Of a DNA stretch of 64,000 nucleotides, positions 46,577-56,182 are shown piece after piece (positions within the stretch are counted from its first letter, which is position 1; each line of letters opens with the position of its first letter). The DNA comes from a virus, in the IMG/VR virus record IMGVR_UViG_3300009509_000706, positions 3,466-67,465 of that record, one strand, 5' to 3'. The translations under genes and the position numbers were made by a program. Under the pieces are notes generated by a model that saw only the letters and a program-made list of their open reading frames with translations, was not told the origin of the DNA and searched no databases.

Positions 46577-46969
46577 TTAAGTTTGACCGCACCAGTGCGG
46601 CGCTGGCCCCTTCGGGATTTTTCCCTCGTTTCTTTCCCAAGCCTCTGTTCCTATGGCTTGGGGCCACAGTTTGGCATATTCCCCGCGCACAGTTTTTAGC
46701 CATGTGCGGGGGGAATAAACTTTGCCTTTGTACGGCTTATGAACGTCGCGTTTCCAGGATTGTGTGCTCTTGTCATACTGGAAGCCTAACTGTTTCCATG
46801 TTTTGGCTGCCTCGGCATTGTAAAATGCTGAAGGAATAACTATCGTATATCCATCCGAGTCTAAGAACGGGCCGCCATCCATGAATCTCTCGGTTGCTTG
46901 ATAGCTGCTATGTTGCGCCCGCTTTCTAGCAAGATATGTTCGGTCTGTGTCGTCGTCACGCCAGTTCAT
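46577..46969 (-). CDS. Hypothetical protein
   Basis: Coupled ORF. Confidence 0.6.
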   Translation of the reverse strand: MNWRDDDTDRTYLARKRAQHSSYQATERFMDGGPFLDSDGYTIVIPSAFYNAEAAKTWKQLGFQYDKSTQSWKRDVHKPYKGKVYSPRTWLKTVRGEYAKLWPQAIGTEAWERNEGKIPKGPAPHWCGQT

Positions 46970-47199
46970 GGCTTTGCCTGTTCTATCCCGTGATCGTAAC
47001 CAGCACTATAGCCGCTTTGATAGGCATTATCCTCCAAGCGTTTTGTGCAGTGTTCACAGGGAGCAACTTCTATAAATGGCATACCGCGTTTTGGCGTTCT
47101 ACCTTCCTGAACGTTATTGCAAAGCCCTGCGCCGCATTCAGCACAGAACACCTCAAAATCCAATTCTAGTGTCGGCATTTTTATCCCAGCCTCGTTCAT
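46966..47199 (-). CDS. Zn-finger hypothetical protein
   Basis: CAECGAGLC...PCEHC. Confidence 0.6.
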   Translation of the reverse strand: MNEAGIKMPTLELDFEVFCAECGAGLCNNVQEGRTPKRGMPFIEVAPCEHCTKRLEDNAYQSGYSAGYDHGIEQAKP

Positions 47200-47428
47200 T
47201 ATTGATATAATCTTGCTCCTCGCCGTATTCGATATATCCGGTTAGTATATCATGCGTATCGTCACACAAAAGTCTCAATGACTTACCCTCGTGATCACGT
47301 AGAAACTCACCAAGACGGGCCATTATTTCTAGCTCTCCGCTGTAAAAAGTCGTCATCTTCCCCCATCCTTGCCCTACCCACACCTTTTGCTTAGTTTCCT
47401 CACATACAAGGCTAAATGTTTGACTCAT
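47153..47428 (-). CDS. Hypothetical protein
   Basis: GAGGAG RBS. Confidence 0.6.
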   Translation of the reverse strand: MSQTFSLVCEETKQKVWVGQGWGKMTTFYSGELEIMARLGEFLRDHEGKSLRLLCDDTHDILTGYIEYGEEQDYINNERGWDKNADTRIGF

Positions 47429-47607
47429 TCTCTACTCCTCTAGTCTTATTCCCCATGCTGCGCACTCTGCTTTTATTTCGCGCCACAGCGCAGCAAGTTC
47501 CAATACTTGCGCCCGCGTCATCGTGGCAACTATACTGCCGTCTGGTTCTCTGTGCCACGTCCCAGCGAATACGGGGCCTTGATAGGCAGGAGGAAATCGT
47601 AGAGTGA

Positions 47608-48012
47608 TCATAAATCGGTTAATAATTCTTCTAATTTTACAATCTCGTTATCCACTGTTGCCCGCCTGCGTTTCAATTGTTCTAGTTGGTATTCTACAAA
47701 TAATCGGTCAATCTCATTGGCATGTTGTCTACACCAGGCAATGATTTCGCGCTGCTTTTCTCTATTGGTTGATAGCCAGTATTCCTCTACCCGCCGACTA
47801 ATCAATTCGACGATTTCACTGGCAAGCAAGCCGTCAATTTCTGGCTCATGGTCTTTTGCCCATGCTTCTGACAACTTTTGCCCATTGGGAAGATATAGAA
47901 TTACGAGCCATTCCTTTTCATTTGAACAAAGATTGTACCTATCACAATGTTTTGTAACCCTAACTATATTTGTTGTCACCTTGCCTTCTCCTTTTTCTGG
48001 CCTATAGACCAA
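47608..48012 (-). CDS. Hypothetical protein
   Basis: ORF in the leftward block; start uncertain. Confidence 0.55.
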   Translation of the reverse strand: MVYRPEKGEGKVTTNIVRVTKHCDRYNLCSNEKEWLVILYLPNGQKLSEAWAKDHEPEIDGLLASEIVELISRRVEEYWLSTNREKQREIIAWCRQHANEIDRLFVEYQLEQLKRRRATVDNEIVKLEELLTDL

Positions 48013-48298
48013 GCTGACTTTCTAGATACATCAAGCGGCCTTCAATACCGTGAATATATTCACGGTATTGTTTTGTCCCATCCAGGGCGGCAAGATTACT
48101 CAATATCTCTGCGCGCTCATCAAAGATTTTGTAGAAGGCGCTCAGATTCATGGGGGACTGAAAGCTGCTGACTGCCCGCTCGATATATGCAGAATAATTC
48201 TCATCAGAAAGCTCAAGTTCCCTTTTGCGGTTAATGAGCCATTCTGTCTGCGCCTCGATCTTTTTGATTCGCCTAGCAGTTTCTTTGTTGGCTGGCAT
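48002..48298 (-). CDS. Hypothetical protein
   Basis: AGGAG RBS. Confidence 0.6.
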   Translation of the reverse strand: MPANKETARRIKKIEAQTEWLINRKRELELSDENYSAYIERAVSSFQSPMNLSAFYKIFDERAEILSNLAALDGTKQYREYIHGIEGRLMYLESQLGL

Positions 48299-48308
48299 AA
48301 TTTTTCTC

Positions 48309-48608
48309 CTATAAACTTGGTAGGCGGGCCAGTATTGGATTTTGGGCGGCCTCAGCTAATGGCCCTGTTTGGCAGTTTGCCCGGTTGGTCATTTGCCTAT
48401 GTGCCTCCCGCCAGATTGCGCGGGCTATATCGTCTATGCTGTGTGCATTAGTCATTTTTCCATTTCTCACAAGGAATGCAACCTGCTCCTCGATTTCAAG
48501 CCATTTTCTCGTTGAAATCTCTCTAAGCTCTGCACTCGTTATGAGCCGCAAAGACGACTTGTCTGTATAGGCTAATAAAAGTTCTTTTTGTTCTTCTTTG
48601 CTTATCAT
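48309..48608 (-). CDS. Hypothetical protein
   Basis: GAGG RBS. Confidence 0.5.
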   Translation of the reverse strand: MISKEEQKELLLAYTDKSSLRLITSAELREISTRKWLEIEEQVAFLVRNGKMTNAHSIDDIARAIWREAHRQMTNRANCQTGPLAEAAQNPILARLPSL

Positions 48609-48651
48609 CGTTGTGCCTCTTTGTCCAGACGATCTATAATTCGCGCCTTAT

Positions 48652-48918
48652 TTATATCCCGCTTGGTTGCGCCGTTGTATCTTGATGGTCGCGCCAGTCG
48701 GCGGCTTCTTGCTCGGCTTCTTCAATCGTCGGCCACTTTGGGCCTGATGTGCAATGGCAACGGCGCTCCTCAAACTCACCACACCAACTCATACTTGGGC
48801 TTGTAACTTGGGGCCATTCCCACCTCAATTCATCAGAATATGGGCGCGGGGCATACCGCCTGCACTCTCCAAGCCCCTCGTGTAATTCATTGTAGAATCT
48901 GCAATTTTGACATTTCAT
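48652..48918 (-). CDS. Cys-rich phage protein (CxxC...CRR.AP...WP...WCGEF)
   Basis: Characteristic motif; GAGAGGG RBS. Confidence 0.6.
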   Translation of the reverse strand: MKCQNCRFYNELHEGLGECRRYAPRPYSDELRWEWPQVTSPSMSWCGEFEERRCHCTSGPKWPTIEEAEQEAADWRDHQDTTAQPSGI

Positions 48919-49194
48919 CTTTGCTTTCCCTCTCTATATTGCCGCCCCGCCGTCAAGCCATACACCCTCTAGTCTGGCCCTCCCCGCTCGATAGAATCTA
49001 GTGATGTTCCTTTGCAGGTAAACCTCGCCCGTCACGAACGGGGCAGCAATCTATTTTTTATCCACAAACCTGCTTTGTAAACCAGGCGTCAAAGCCATCG
49101 GCGTTTCCAAAGCTGGCTATCCACTTCGTGCGATATTCATTGTATCGTTCCATGAGTTCCCTGAAAAGTTTGGTATCTATCGTATTCGTCTTTG

Positions 49195-49473
49195 TTAACA
49201 TCCTTCTTCCTTTCTGGCCTCGTATACTTGCTTGGCTTTTATATTGCGATAAACTGGCTGGTAATAATCGTCAGCATGACGATATACCAGTGCTGGCAAA
49301 TCCTGGCAAGCATCAGCGCAAGCCATTGCCTGTTCTTTATTAAGCCGCCACCCGATGTTCCACCTTGCAATTTTGTTGTAGAAATTTTTTATATCAACGC
49401 ATACGACGAAATAACGTCCACCCTTTCCAGTTATACATTGAGGAATATAATTCGGCTTTATTATCACTGTCAT
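49195..49473 (-). CDS. Hypothetical protein, first gene of the leftward operon
   Basis: AAGGAG RBS after promoter. Confidence 0.55.
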   Translation of the reverse strand: MTVIIKPNYIPQCITGKGGRYFVVCVDIKNFYNKIARWNIGWRLNKEQAMACADACQDLPALVYRHADDYYQPVYRNIKAKQVYEARKEEGC

Positions 49474-49513
49474 TCTCCTTTATTATGCCCCTTTTTATAA
49501 ACATCTGTTTATC

Positions 49514-49634
49514 ATTATACAGCATTTCGCCAAGTCTGTCAAGCCTTTTTGCAAGGCTATTACCTTATGCGACAAATTCTAACCATTTCTAACCAAAATG
49601 CGCTATTGAATTTCTGGATAGTTTGTGGTATAAT
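49514..49634. promoter_or_regulatory. Divergent promoter pair with a central GTTAGAA direct-repeat site
   Basis: Minus TTGACA-17-TATAAT (49542-49514); plus TTGAAT-17-TATAAT (49606-49634); TTCTAACCATTTCTAACC between them. Confidence 0.8.
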
Positions 49635-50379
49635 ATTGGTACGGGCGGTCGCCAGTGTTGAAAGTCGGCTCTCTGCCGTGTAGTATTGCCTCTGCGGGGC
49701 CAATACTCTAGACGCTGGCAGGCCGCATTAAAACCCGCCTGGACGCGGGGGTAAAATAGCGGGTTAATATGGAAACAGGGGGCGGTAACGGCGTCCAGGC
49801 ATATATTTGAGGGCAGAAGGGGACGATATGGGAAATGGGAATATTGGGGGCCTTGCCCAGATTAGGGGCGGCGGCGAGGTATGTAATGAATAAGAAGTGT
49901 ATCGTATGTGACGGCGATATACTGCTGAGCTCAGGCTGGTTCGTCAAAGGTTATAGAAAAGGCTGGGTGTGTTCTGACGAATGTTGGGACAAATATCATC
50001 AAGATGAGCGAGCGCGCGCAATCCGCATTTCTTGGTTGGGGTCTGGGTTGGGACGAGGCGCTATCGGCGGATAGCTAGAGCTAGAAAGGTAAAGTAAAAA
50101 TGTTCGAGTTTCCGTGTTGGTTTGAGATTCTTGCCAAATGGATACTGGGGCCACACCTCAATCATTGCTGTATAGAATGATTTTTGCCCATATAGACTAG
50201 AAAGGTCAAAATATGTATGCTTACGATTGCTTAGAGGATTTCATTGTGTCAACACTCGGTTGGTCTTGGAGCGGATAGGCGTTCTGGGCGGGCGCGGTTG
50301 GACGGGGCCGCGCCTGGCCCGTTCATTGCGCAATGAAAGATAATCTTCACAAGTCTGGCGTTATGAAAGGAAACTTGCA

Positions 50380-51027
50380 ATGATTGTTTCGAGAAAAGCA
50401 AAGCATTTTATTCTGTCATTGGTATTTGTTGGCTTGCTAGTCGCTATCGTGCTTTTGGCAACCAGTAGTTGCACTACTACTCCAGAGCCAACAGAGCCTA
50501 CCCCGACGATGACGGTAACTAGTGAGGCGTCGCCTATTTCGCCATTAGCAACGCCGACGCCTGTATTGCCAGAGGACTTTGTGCCCGTGCCGATTGTGAC
50601 TATCGGGCCAAAAGAGTCTGATAATGTGCGGCCTTTATTTCAAGCTGCCAGTCACGCGCTGGTAGACTTGGGCAGATTATTGCCCGTTGAATCAACGACA
50701 CATTTTCACCAACTGCGACTTATTAGACAATTGAGGCGCATTGATACTGGCGAAGTTTTGTTTGAGGCCAGTGTTGTGACGGGTATCATAGGCACAGATT
50801 ATATACCTGAACCTGAGACTAAGTTTGCTGCTGCTTGGACTTATAATGTAGACCTTGAAGCAGAATTCGGCGTCAAAGAGGCATCAGAATATATCAAGCC
50901 TGTATGGGTATGCATACGGGAACCCGATGATATTGAGCCTTGTTTGTGCCAGATGAAACCTGGCGAGGATTTGGTAGATTGTACTGAGATCGTCGGGCAA
51001 TGTGAAAGCAAGGGCGGCTTGCCTTAA
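50380..51027 (+). CDS. Putative lipoprotein with Pro/Thr linker
   Basis: Signal peptide ending LATSSC, then TPEPTEPTPT and SPISPLATPTP. Confidence 0.7.
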   Translation: MIVSRKAKHFILSLVFVGLLVAIVLLATSSCTTTPEPTEPTPTMTVTSEASPISPLATPTPVLPEDFVPVPIVTIGPKESDNVRPLFQAASHALVDLGRLLPVESTTHFHQLRLIRQLRRIDTGEVLFEASVVTGIIGTDYIPEPETKFAAAWTYNVDLEAEFGVKEASEYIKPVWVCIREPDDIEPCLCQMKPGEDLVDCTEIVGQCESKGGLP

Positions 51028-51123
51028 GACGATGACGGGTTTTGTTTCACAGACTTTTTCAGAGTTACCTGCCCCAGAGCTACATAGACAATGGCTGCCT
51101 ATCGTGTTTGTAGAGAGAGAATA

Positions 51124-51582
51124 ATGATTCTCCCCGATACTGCTCTAATAGACTGGGCCTCACATGGCGGCTTGACACCATTCGATGCTGGTTGCGTCAA
51201 TCCTGCTAGTATTGACCTGAGACTGGGCGAGGAATATATCGAGTTAGTGACTGGCAAGCGGCTTTATGGCGATATCGTCCTTCGGCCCGGAACTGCAATC
51301 CTGGCGACTACGGTTGAGTTTGTAAGAATGCCAGCTTGGGCAGCAGGCGTCTTGTATCTCAAGTCAAGCCTTGCGCGAATGGGTCTCGACCACGCCCTGG
51401 CCGGCTGGATCGACCCTGGATTTTGCGGGGAGTTGACGATGGAATTGCACGCGCACAGAGAGATCGTGCTAACGGCAGGGCAGCGGATCGTCCAACTCGT
51501 TCTGATGCAAATGACTAATGAACCTGAAGCGGTATATAATGGCCGCTACCAGGGACAAATGGGGCCTACCTGTGCAAGATAA
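51124..51582 (+). CDS. dcd: dCTP deaminase
   Basis: VNPASIDLRLG, KSSLARMG, AGWIDPGFCGELTMEL, YNGRYQGQ. Confidence 0.92.
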   Translation: MILPDTALIDWASHGGLTPFDAGCVNPASIDLRLGEEYIELVTGKRLYGDIVLRPGTAILATTVEFVRMPAWAAGVLYLKSSLARMGLDHALAGWIDPGFCGELTMELHAHREIVLTAGQRIVQLVLMQMTNEPEAVYNGRYQGQMGPTCAR

Positions 51583-52198
51583 GATTCTAACCTATCGCAC
51601 CATCGGCGAAGCGTGGCTAAATTGCTGCCAGCTTTGTCTTGAGCGAGGCCGAACCTACACTATCCAGCGTGGTTCTTATGTAGGCCAGCAGCGCAAACAG
51701 CTTGACTTCTTGGCTTTTATTATTTCCCATCCTGAGACCCGCCCACTTGGCATAGAGTATCGGGGACAACAGATAAGCCGTGACGATGCGATCCTGGCCT
51801 ATTTCCAAGATTATCTCATTTCGCCTTACTGCCCGCCAAACACTCAGTACACCTATGGGCAACGGATCGAGCCGCAACTTGAGATGGTATGCGAAATGCT
51901 CAGGCAGACGCCCGACACGAATCAGGCAGTCATCGAAGTCGGCAAGCCCAGCGATGTTTGGCTAGACGACCCGCCGTGTTTGCGCCTTATTAGCTTCAAG
52001 GCGTTGCCCACCGAAGGCTTGCAGATGACAACATTCTGGCGGTCATGGGATTTGTGCGCCGGGTTGCCGATGAACTTGGGCGGCTTGCAATTGCTGCTTG
52101 AGTTCGTGGCAGAATGGGCAGGATTGAAACCTGGCCGCCAGGTGTGTGTGAGCGATGGGGCGCACTTGTATGATCATAGTTGGGGGCTTTTTAAATAA
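51572..52198 (+). CDS. thyA: Thymidylate synthase (short archaeal-like type)
   Basis: YTYGQR, DPPCLR, RSWDL..GLPMN, GAHLY. Confidence 0.85.
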   Translation: MQDKILTYRTIGEAWLNCCQLCLERGRTYTIQRGSYVGQQRKQLDFLAFIISHPETRPLGIEYRGQQISRDDAILAYFQDYLISPYCPPNTQYTYGQRIEPQLEMVCEMLRQTPDTNQAVIEVGKPSDVWLDDPPCLRLISFKALPTEGLQMTTFWRSWDLCAGLPMNLGGLQLLLEFVAEWAGLKPGRQVCVSDGAHLYDHSWGLFK

Positions 52199-52209
52199 GT
52201 ACAATCTGG

Positions 52210-52557
52210 ATGCTTTGGAGTGAATGGGGCATGAATGATAAAGCTATAGCGGCTATAAAGCACCACTTTTGGCGATGTAATGTAAACCTAACGGATGAAC
52301 AAGCAGCGGATATTATTGAGATCGATGTCAACCTGTCGGCTATTGGCGCGCCAGGCTTTACCCCGGCATTTACAAATACGCTGGGCAGTTTATCTATGTC
52401 TGACATTGAGAGATTGTTTCCAGTACCGTCAAAGTTGAAAACACTGCGCCGCAAATTTGTAATGCGGCTCATAAATTTGTGGTATAGACTTTCGGGATTC
52501 AAAGCATCGCATACTCTCAAATGGTGGTTGGGTAGTGATAAGTTTAGGAGAGAGTAG
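52210..52557 (+). CDS. Hypothetical protein
   Basis: ORF in the rightward block. Confidence 0.5.
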   Translation: MLWSEWGMNDKAIAAIKHHFWRCNVNLTDEQAADIIEIDVNLSAIGAPGFTPAFTNTLGSLSMSDIERLFPVPSKLKTLRRKFVMRLINLWYRLSGFKASHTLKWWLGSDKFRRE

Positions 52558-52569
52558 AAAAGAGGAATT

Positions 52570-52767
52570 ATGCAAATAAGTATTACTAGTATCAAGAAGG
52601 TCGTTCCAGTTTCTACGTTGCCAGATGGGGAGTATTATGGTACATGGTGTGGATATGAAGCCAAAGTAGAAATCGCTGGCGAGCATTATGAAATAAAAAC
52701 AAAAGATGGTATAAGGGGCACTGCACTGCACCATGTATTGTCTACGTCAGGGATGGTAATTGTGTGA
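52570..52767 (+). CDS. Hypothetical protein
   Basis: GAGG RBS. Confidence 0.55.
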   Translation: MQISITSIKKVVPVSTLPDGEYYGTWCGYEAKVEIAGEHYEIKTKDGIRGTALHHVLSTSGMVIV

Positions 52768-52782
52768 CAGTTAAGGTCAAAG

Positions 52783-53199
52783 ATGATTGACTCAAATCGG
52801 CTATTCAAATCACCTTTTTTACTAGTTGGCAATAATATTTCATGGGGGAAAAGCATTGAGATAATAAAGCCTGGAGATATTATTGATGCCGCTCATTTTA
52901 CTGTAGATAGGGTTGAAATTACCTCAAGAAAAAAAGGAATATTGTATATTCTTAGATTAAGTTGGGGTAATGAAACAAAAGAGGTGGCAATTAGGCATAG
53001 TCAATATACTGAAATTGTACTTCCTAAGTTACAACGTAGTATATTACAGATATTGCAGCCCGGGCTATCATATAATGTTAATGTGATACCAAGATTAAAT
53101 TCAAAAACAGATACAATATGGGCTGATGTACAAAGTATTCCAACAAAGGCCCCCATCAAGTTTTTTGTAGAGATTATAAAATATCAAGAACGGGGATGA
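52783..53199 (+). CDS. Hypothetical protein (AT-rich)
   Basis: ORF in the rightward block. Confidence 0.5.
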   Translation: MIDSNRLFKSPFLLVGNNISWGKSIEIIKPGDIIDAAHFTVDRVEITSRKKGILYILRLSWGNETKEVAIRHSQYTEIVLPKLQRSILQILQPGLSYNVNVIPRLNSKTDTIWADVQSIPTKAPIKFFVEIIKYQERG

Positions 53200-53200
53200 T

Positions 53201-53530
53201 ATGCAGCAAGATTTAGTAGTTTGTAGTTCAAGAAGGGAGAAAAACAAAAGAATGAAGTTGCTTGAGAGAGAGTCTGGTTATTATGAAGTTGATCCGGCAC
53301 GGATTTTTACTAGCCAAGTAGCACTAAGCAAATCAGAGATTGAGAGGTTCCCGCAGTCTATAGTGTACGCGCGCCAGACCGCATTATGGCAAGCATCTAG
53401 GTATCTAAAACAAAGTAGTGACGTATATGATCCGCTTGGAATAGAAGAACTGTTAATACATGATATTTTGTATCTCAGGCATTACTATGCCATGCGGGGT
53501 TATTATCACTTTGTAGAAAGTAAGATATGA
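53201..53530 (+). CDS. Hypothetical protein
   Basis: Coupled ORF. Confidence 0.5.
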   Translation: MQQDLVVCSSRREKNKRMKLLERESGYYEVDPARIFTSQVALSKSEIERFPQSIVYARQTALWQASRYLKQSSDVYDPLGIEELLIHDILYLRHYYAMRGYYHFVESKI

Positions 53531-53736
53531 TCGCCTTTACTCTCACTCGACCAACACGCGCCGAGGTCGTGGCAGCACTTCAAGAAGTCTTTGCCAATTC
53601 CGCCTGGCTCAATCTGCTAGTCAGCCGCATGGAAATGGAGTTTGGCGATGCGGGCGGCGTCATCACGGCGCAAGTAGCGTTGTGGGGGCATGATGCAAAA
53701 ATCGAGCAAGAATTGCACGAAGCGGGGGTGATGTAA
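53527..53736 (+). CDS. Hypothetical protein
   Basis: Coupled ORF. Confidence 0.5.
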   Translation: MIAFTLTRPTRAEVVAALQEVFANSAWLNLLVSRMEMEFGDAGGVITAQVALWGHDAKIEQELHEAGVM

Positions 53737-54017
53737 TGGAAACCTGTCCAACGTGTGGGAGCCTATTGCCAATTGAGGAAATTCGCACTTGCGGAAACTG
53801 CGGCGCAGAATCGCCCAGCTTGGTTGCTCGCATATTGTACAAAAGCGGTGTATACCAGGACGTTTATCTGTGCGACTGGCGCTGTGTTTCAGCTTGGCTC
53901 CAAGAGGTGACGACCGACCTTGCCATCGTATTGCCCGTGCTTTATCTCGCCCAACGGCAGCAGTTTTTTGACGCTATGCGGGTTGAGCAAGCGGGTAATA
54001 AGGTGGGGCCAGAATGA
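53736..54017 (+). CDS. Zn-finger hypothetical protein
   Basis: CPTC, CGNC, CDWRC. Confidence 0.55.
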   Translation: METCPTCGSLLPIEEIRTCGNCGAESPSLVARILYKSGVYQDVYLCDWRCVSAWLQEVTTDLAIVLPVLYLAQRQQFFDAMRVEQAGNKVGPE

Positions 54018-54199
54018 ATCAAGAAAAAGTTACTTTTCTTGCCTCATTCCCCCCGATTCAAACGGCAATCAAAGTACACGGTTCTGGCGATGGAATGAGA
54101 ATCCAATTGGATATACCAGAGAGTGAAATGGCAGAGGCTTTAAAGTTGCTTATGTGGCGTGAATCGATATTGAAGGTGACTGTGGAGTTGTCAAAATAG
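54014..54199 (+). CDS. Hypothetical protein preceding terminase
   Basis: ATGA-coupled; MRIQLDIPESE. Confidence 0.6.
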   Translation: MNQEKVTFLASFPPIQTAIKVHGSGDGMRIQLDIPESEMAEALKLLMWRESILKVTVELSK

Positions 54200-54221
54200 C
54201 GGTTTAGACGGCGGGAAAACG

Positions 54222-54533
54222 GTGGTAGAGCGAAACGAAAACGGCCAATTTGCAAAAGGAAATAGTGGCGGCCCTGGGCGACCAAAAAAGGAACGTGAGG
54301 AACGATTCCTAGAAATCACGTTGTCTGCTTGTACTTATAGCGATTGGCGCAAGATTATTAAGAAGGCTGTAGAGCAAGCCAAACGTGGCAATTCACAGGC
54401 TCGCAAGTTTCTTGCTGATTATTTGCTTGGGCCTCCAAAACAGCGCCACGAGCTAACCGGCGCAGACGGGGGGGAATTGATCCTCAAGGTAGTATACGAT
54501 GGAACTGACGATTCGCCTACGGCAACCACATGA
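54222..54533 (+). CDS. terS: Terminase small subunit
   Basis: RNENGQFAKGNSGGPGRPK and ELTGADGG; overlaps TerL. Confidence 0.8.
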   Translation: MVERNENGQFAKGNSGGPGRPKKEREERFLEITLSACTYSDWRKIIKKAVEQAKRGNSQARKFLADYLLGPPKQRHELTGADGGELILKVVYDGTDDSPTATT

Positions 54534-55734
54534 GCAGCAAAAGCGGTTTATTGATAGCGCAGCGAAGCGCAAGATTATCCGGGCTGGGCGGCGCGGCGGC
54601 AAAACAGTCGGCGTTTCGATCTTGGCAGTCAGGGCTTTCCTTGCTGGCAATCGTGTGCTTTATGCTACGCCAACACAGGAACAGATAGACAGATTTTGGG
54701 AGGAATGCAAGCGGGCTTTGAAAGAGCCTCTTGAACATGGAATCTTTTACAAAAACGAGACGCGCCATATCATTGAATTGGCAGGAACGCAACAGCGCAT
54801 CAGGGCAAAGACTGCTTGGGATGCTGACACCTTGCGCGGTGATTATGCCGACTTGCTTATATTGGACGAATGGCAGTTGATGAAAGAAAATGCCTGGGGG
54901 CTTGTAGGCGCGCCTATGCTCTTGGACAATAATGGTGATGCGGTTTTTATCTATACCCCACCATCACTAGAATCCAGAACACGGAGCAGGGCCAGAGACC
55001 CGTTGCACGCCGCCAAGATGTTCAGATTGGCAGCACAAGATCGAACTGGCCGCTGGGAAGCCTTTTCATTTCCGAGCTATGAGAATCCTCATATCAGCAC
55101 AGAAGCACTCGCAGAAGTTTCAGGGGATTTGACCAGTATAGCCTATCGGCAAGAGATATTGGCGGAAGATATAGAAGATGCGCCGGGGGCGCTTTGGACG
55201 CGGGAAACGATAGAGAAATATCGTGTCACGTCATATCCTGAGCTTTATATGATCGGTGTTGGAGTTGATCCGCATGGGTCAGTAGGTGAAACTGGTATTG
55301 TAGCTGGTGGTGTTGCAAAAGTAGACGGTCTAATTCATGGCTATATACTTGAGGATGCGACAAAGGGCGGCGCGCCAGCAGAATGGGCTACACAAGTTGT
55401 CGCGACGCATAACAAATACCGCGCCAATTTCGTCGTGGCTGAAAAGAATGAGGGCGGTGATATGGTGCTTCATACGTTACGTTCTGTTCCTGGGAGCAAT
55501 GATGTAGTTTATCGCACAGTTTGGGCCAGTAGGTCTAAACAGGCCAGGGCGCAACCTGTCTCGGCTTTATATGAGCAGGGGCGTGTCCACCATGTTGGTG
55601 TCTTCCAAAAACTTGAGGATGAATATTGCACTTGGGAACCTGGGCTTGGGATGGAAAGCCCAAACAGGCTAGACGCGGCGGTTTGGCTGCTAACAATTAT
55701 GATGATAAAGGGTGGGGAGGCTTGGGGATTTTAG
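54499..55734 (+). CDS. terL: Terminase large subunit
   Basis: AGRRGGKT, LRG..ADLLILDE, GVGVDP..ETGI, SPNRLDA. Confidence 0.93.
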   Translation: MELTIRLRQPHEQQKRFIDSAAKRKIIRAGRRGGKTVGVSILAVRAFLAGNRVLYATPTQEQIDRFWEECKRALKEPLEHGIFYKNETRHIIELAGTQQRIRAKTAWDADTLRGDYADLLILDEWQLMKENAWGLVGAPMLLDNNGDAVFIYTPPSLESRTRSRARDPLHAAKMFRLAAQDRTGRWEAFSFPSYENPHISTEALAEVSGDLTSIAYRQEILAEDIEDAPGALWTRETIEKYRVTSYPELYMIGVGVDPHGSVGETGIVAGGVAKVDGLIHGYILEDATKGGAPAEWATQVVATHNKYRANFVVAEKNEGGDMVLHTLRSVPGSNDVVYRTVWASRSKQARAQPVSALYEQGRVHHVGVFQKLEDEYCTWEPGLGMESPNRLDAAVWLLTIMMIKGGEAWGF

Positions 55735-55747
55735 AAAGGAATTTTAC

Positions 55748-55954
55748 ATGGCGGAAGTTATTATATTTGATTATGGAAAACAAGCACAATTACAAGGCAT
55801 GGAAAGCAATGATATATGGGTGATTAAAGTGGATGATAATGGCAATATTATTTTTCACCAACCAGCCCGCAAGCCAACTCTGGCGACTGTAAATTTGGCG
55901 CTTGACTTTGCGCAGGCGATTATCACTGTTTGCAGATATGCTTTAGATAATTAG
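55748..55954 (+). CDS. Hypothetical protein
   Basis: GAAAGGA RBS. Confidence 0.55.
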   Translation: MAEVIIFDYGKQAQLQGMESNDIWVIKVDDNGNIIFHQPARKPTLATVNLALDFAQAIITVCRYALDN

Positions 55955-55966
55955 TAGGGTCTTAAA

Positions 55967-56182
55967 ATGACAGAACTGACTAAAGAACAGGCTTTTGAAA
56001 AACTGCTTGCTGGCATCAACGATGTGCCGCGCCAATTGCAGTTTTTGGTTGATAGCATTGTAGGGATACAAGAGGTATTTCCTATGTCTATAGAGTCATG
56101 GCGACAGTTCGTGCAAGATATTGATTATACCAACAAAAAGCATGGGTTGAACCTCGTGATACCAGAGGAATTGCGGAAATGA
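55967..56182 (+). CDS. Hypothetical protein
   Basis: Coupled ORF. Confidence 0.55.
   Translation: MTELTKEQAFEKLLAGINDVPRQLQFLVDSIVGIQEVFPMSIESWRQFVQDIDYTNKKHGLNLVIPEELRK

Noticed and set aside
49640-49730. tRNA gene
   Set aside because: No T-loop GTTCRA, no CCA end, and arm lengths do not fit
51124-52198. dcd plus thymidylate synthase as a hydroxymethylcytosine hypermodification system linked to the glycosyltransferases
   Set aside because: The synthase keeps Asn in GLPMN (dUMP-type; dCMP hydroxymethylases have Asp), no phage DNA polymerase or nucleotide kinase is seen, and the GTs lie among virion genes. Ordinary dTMP supply is simpler.
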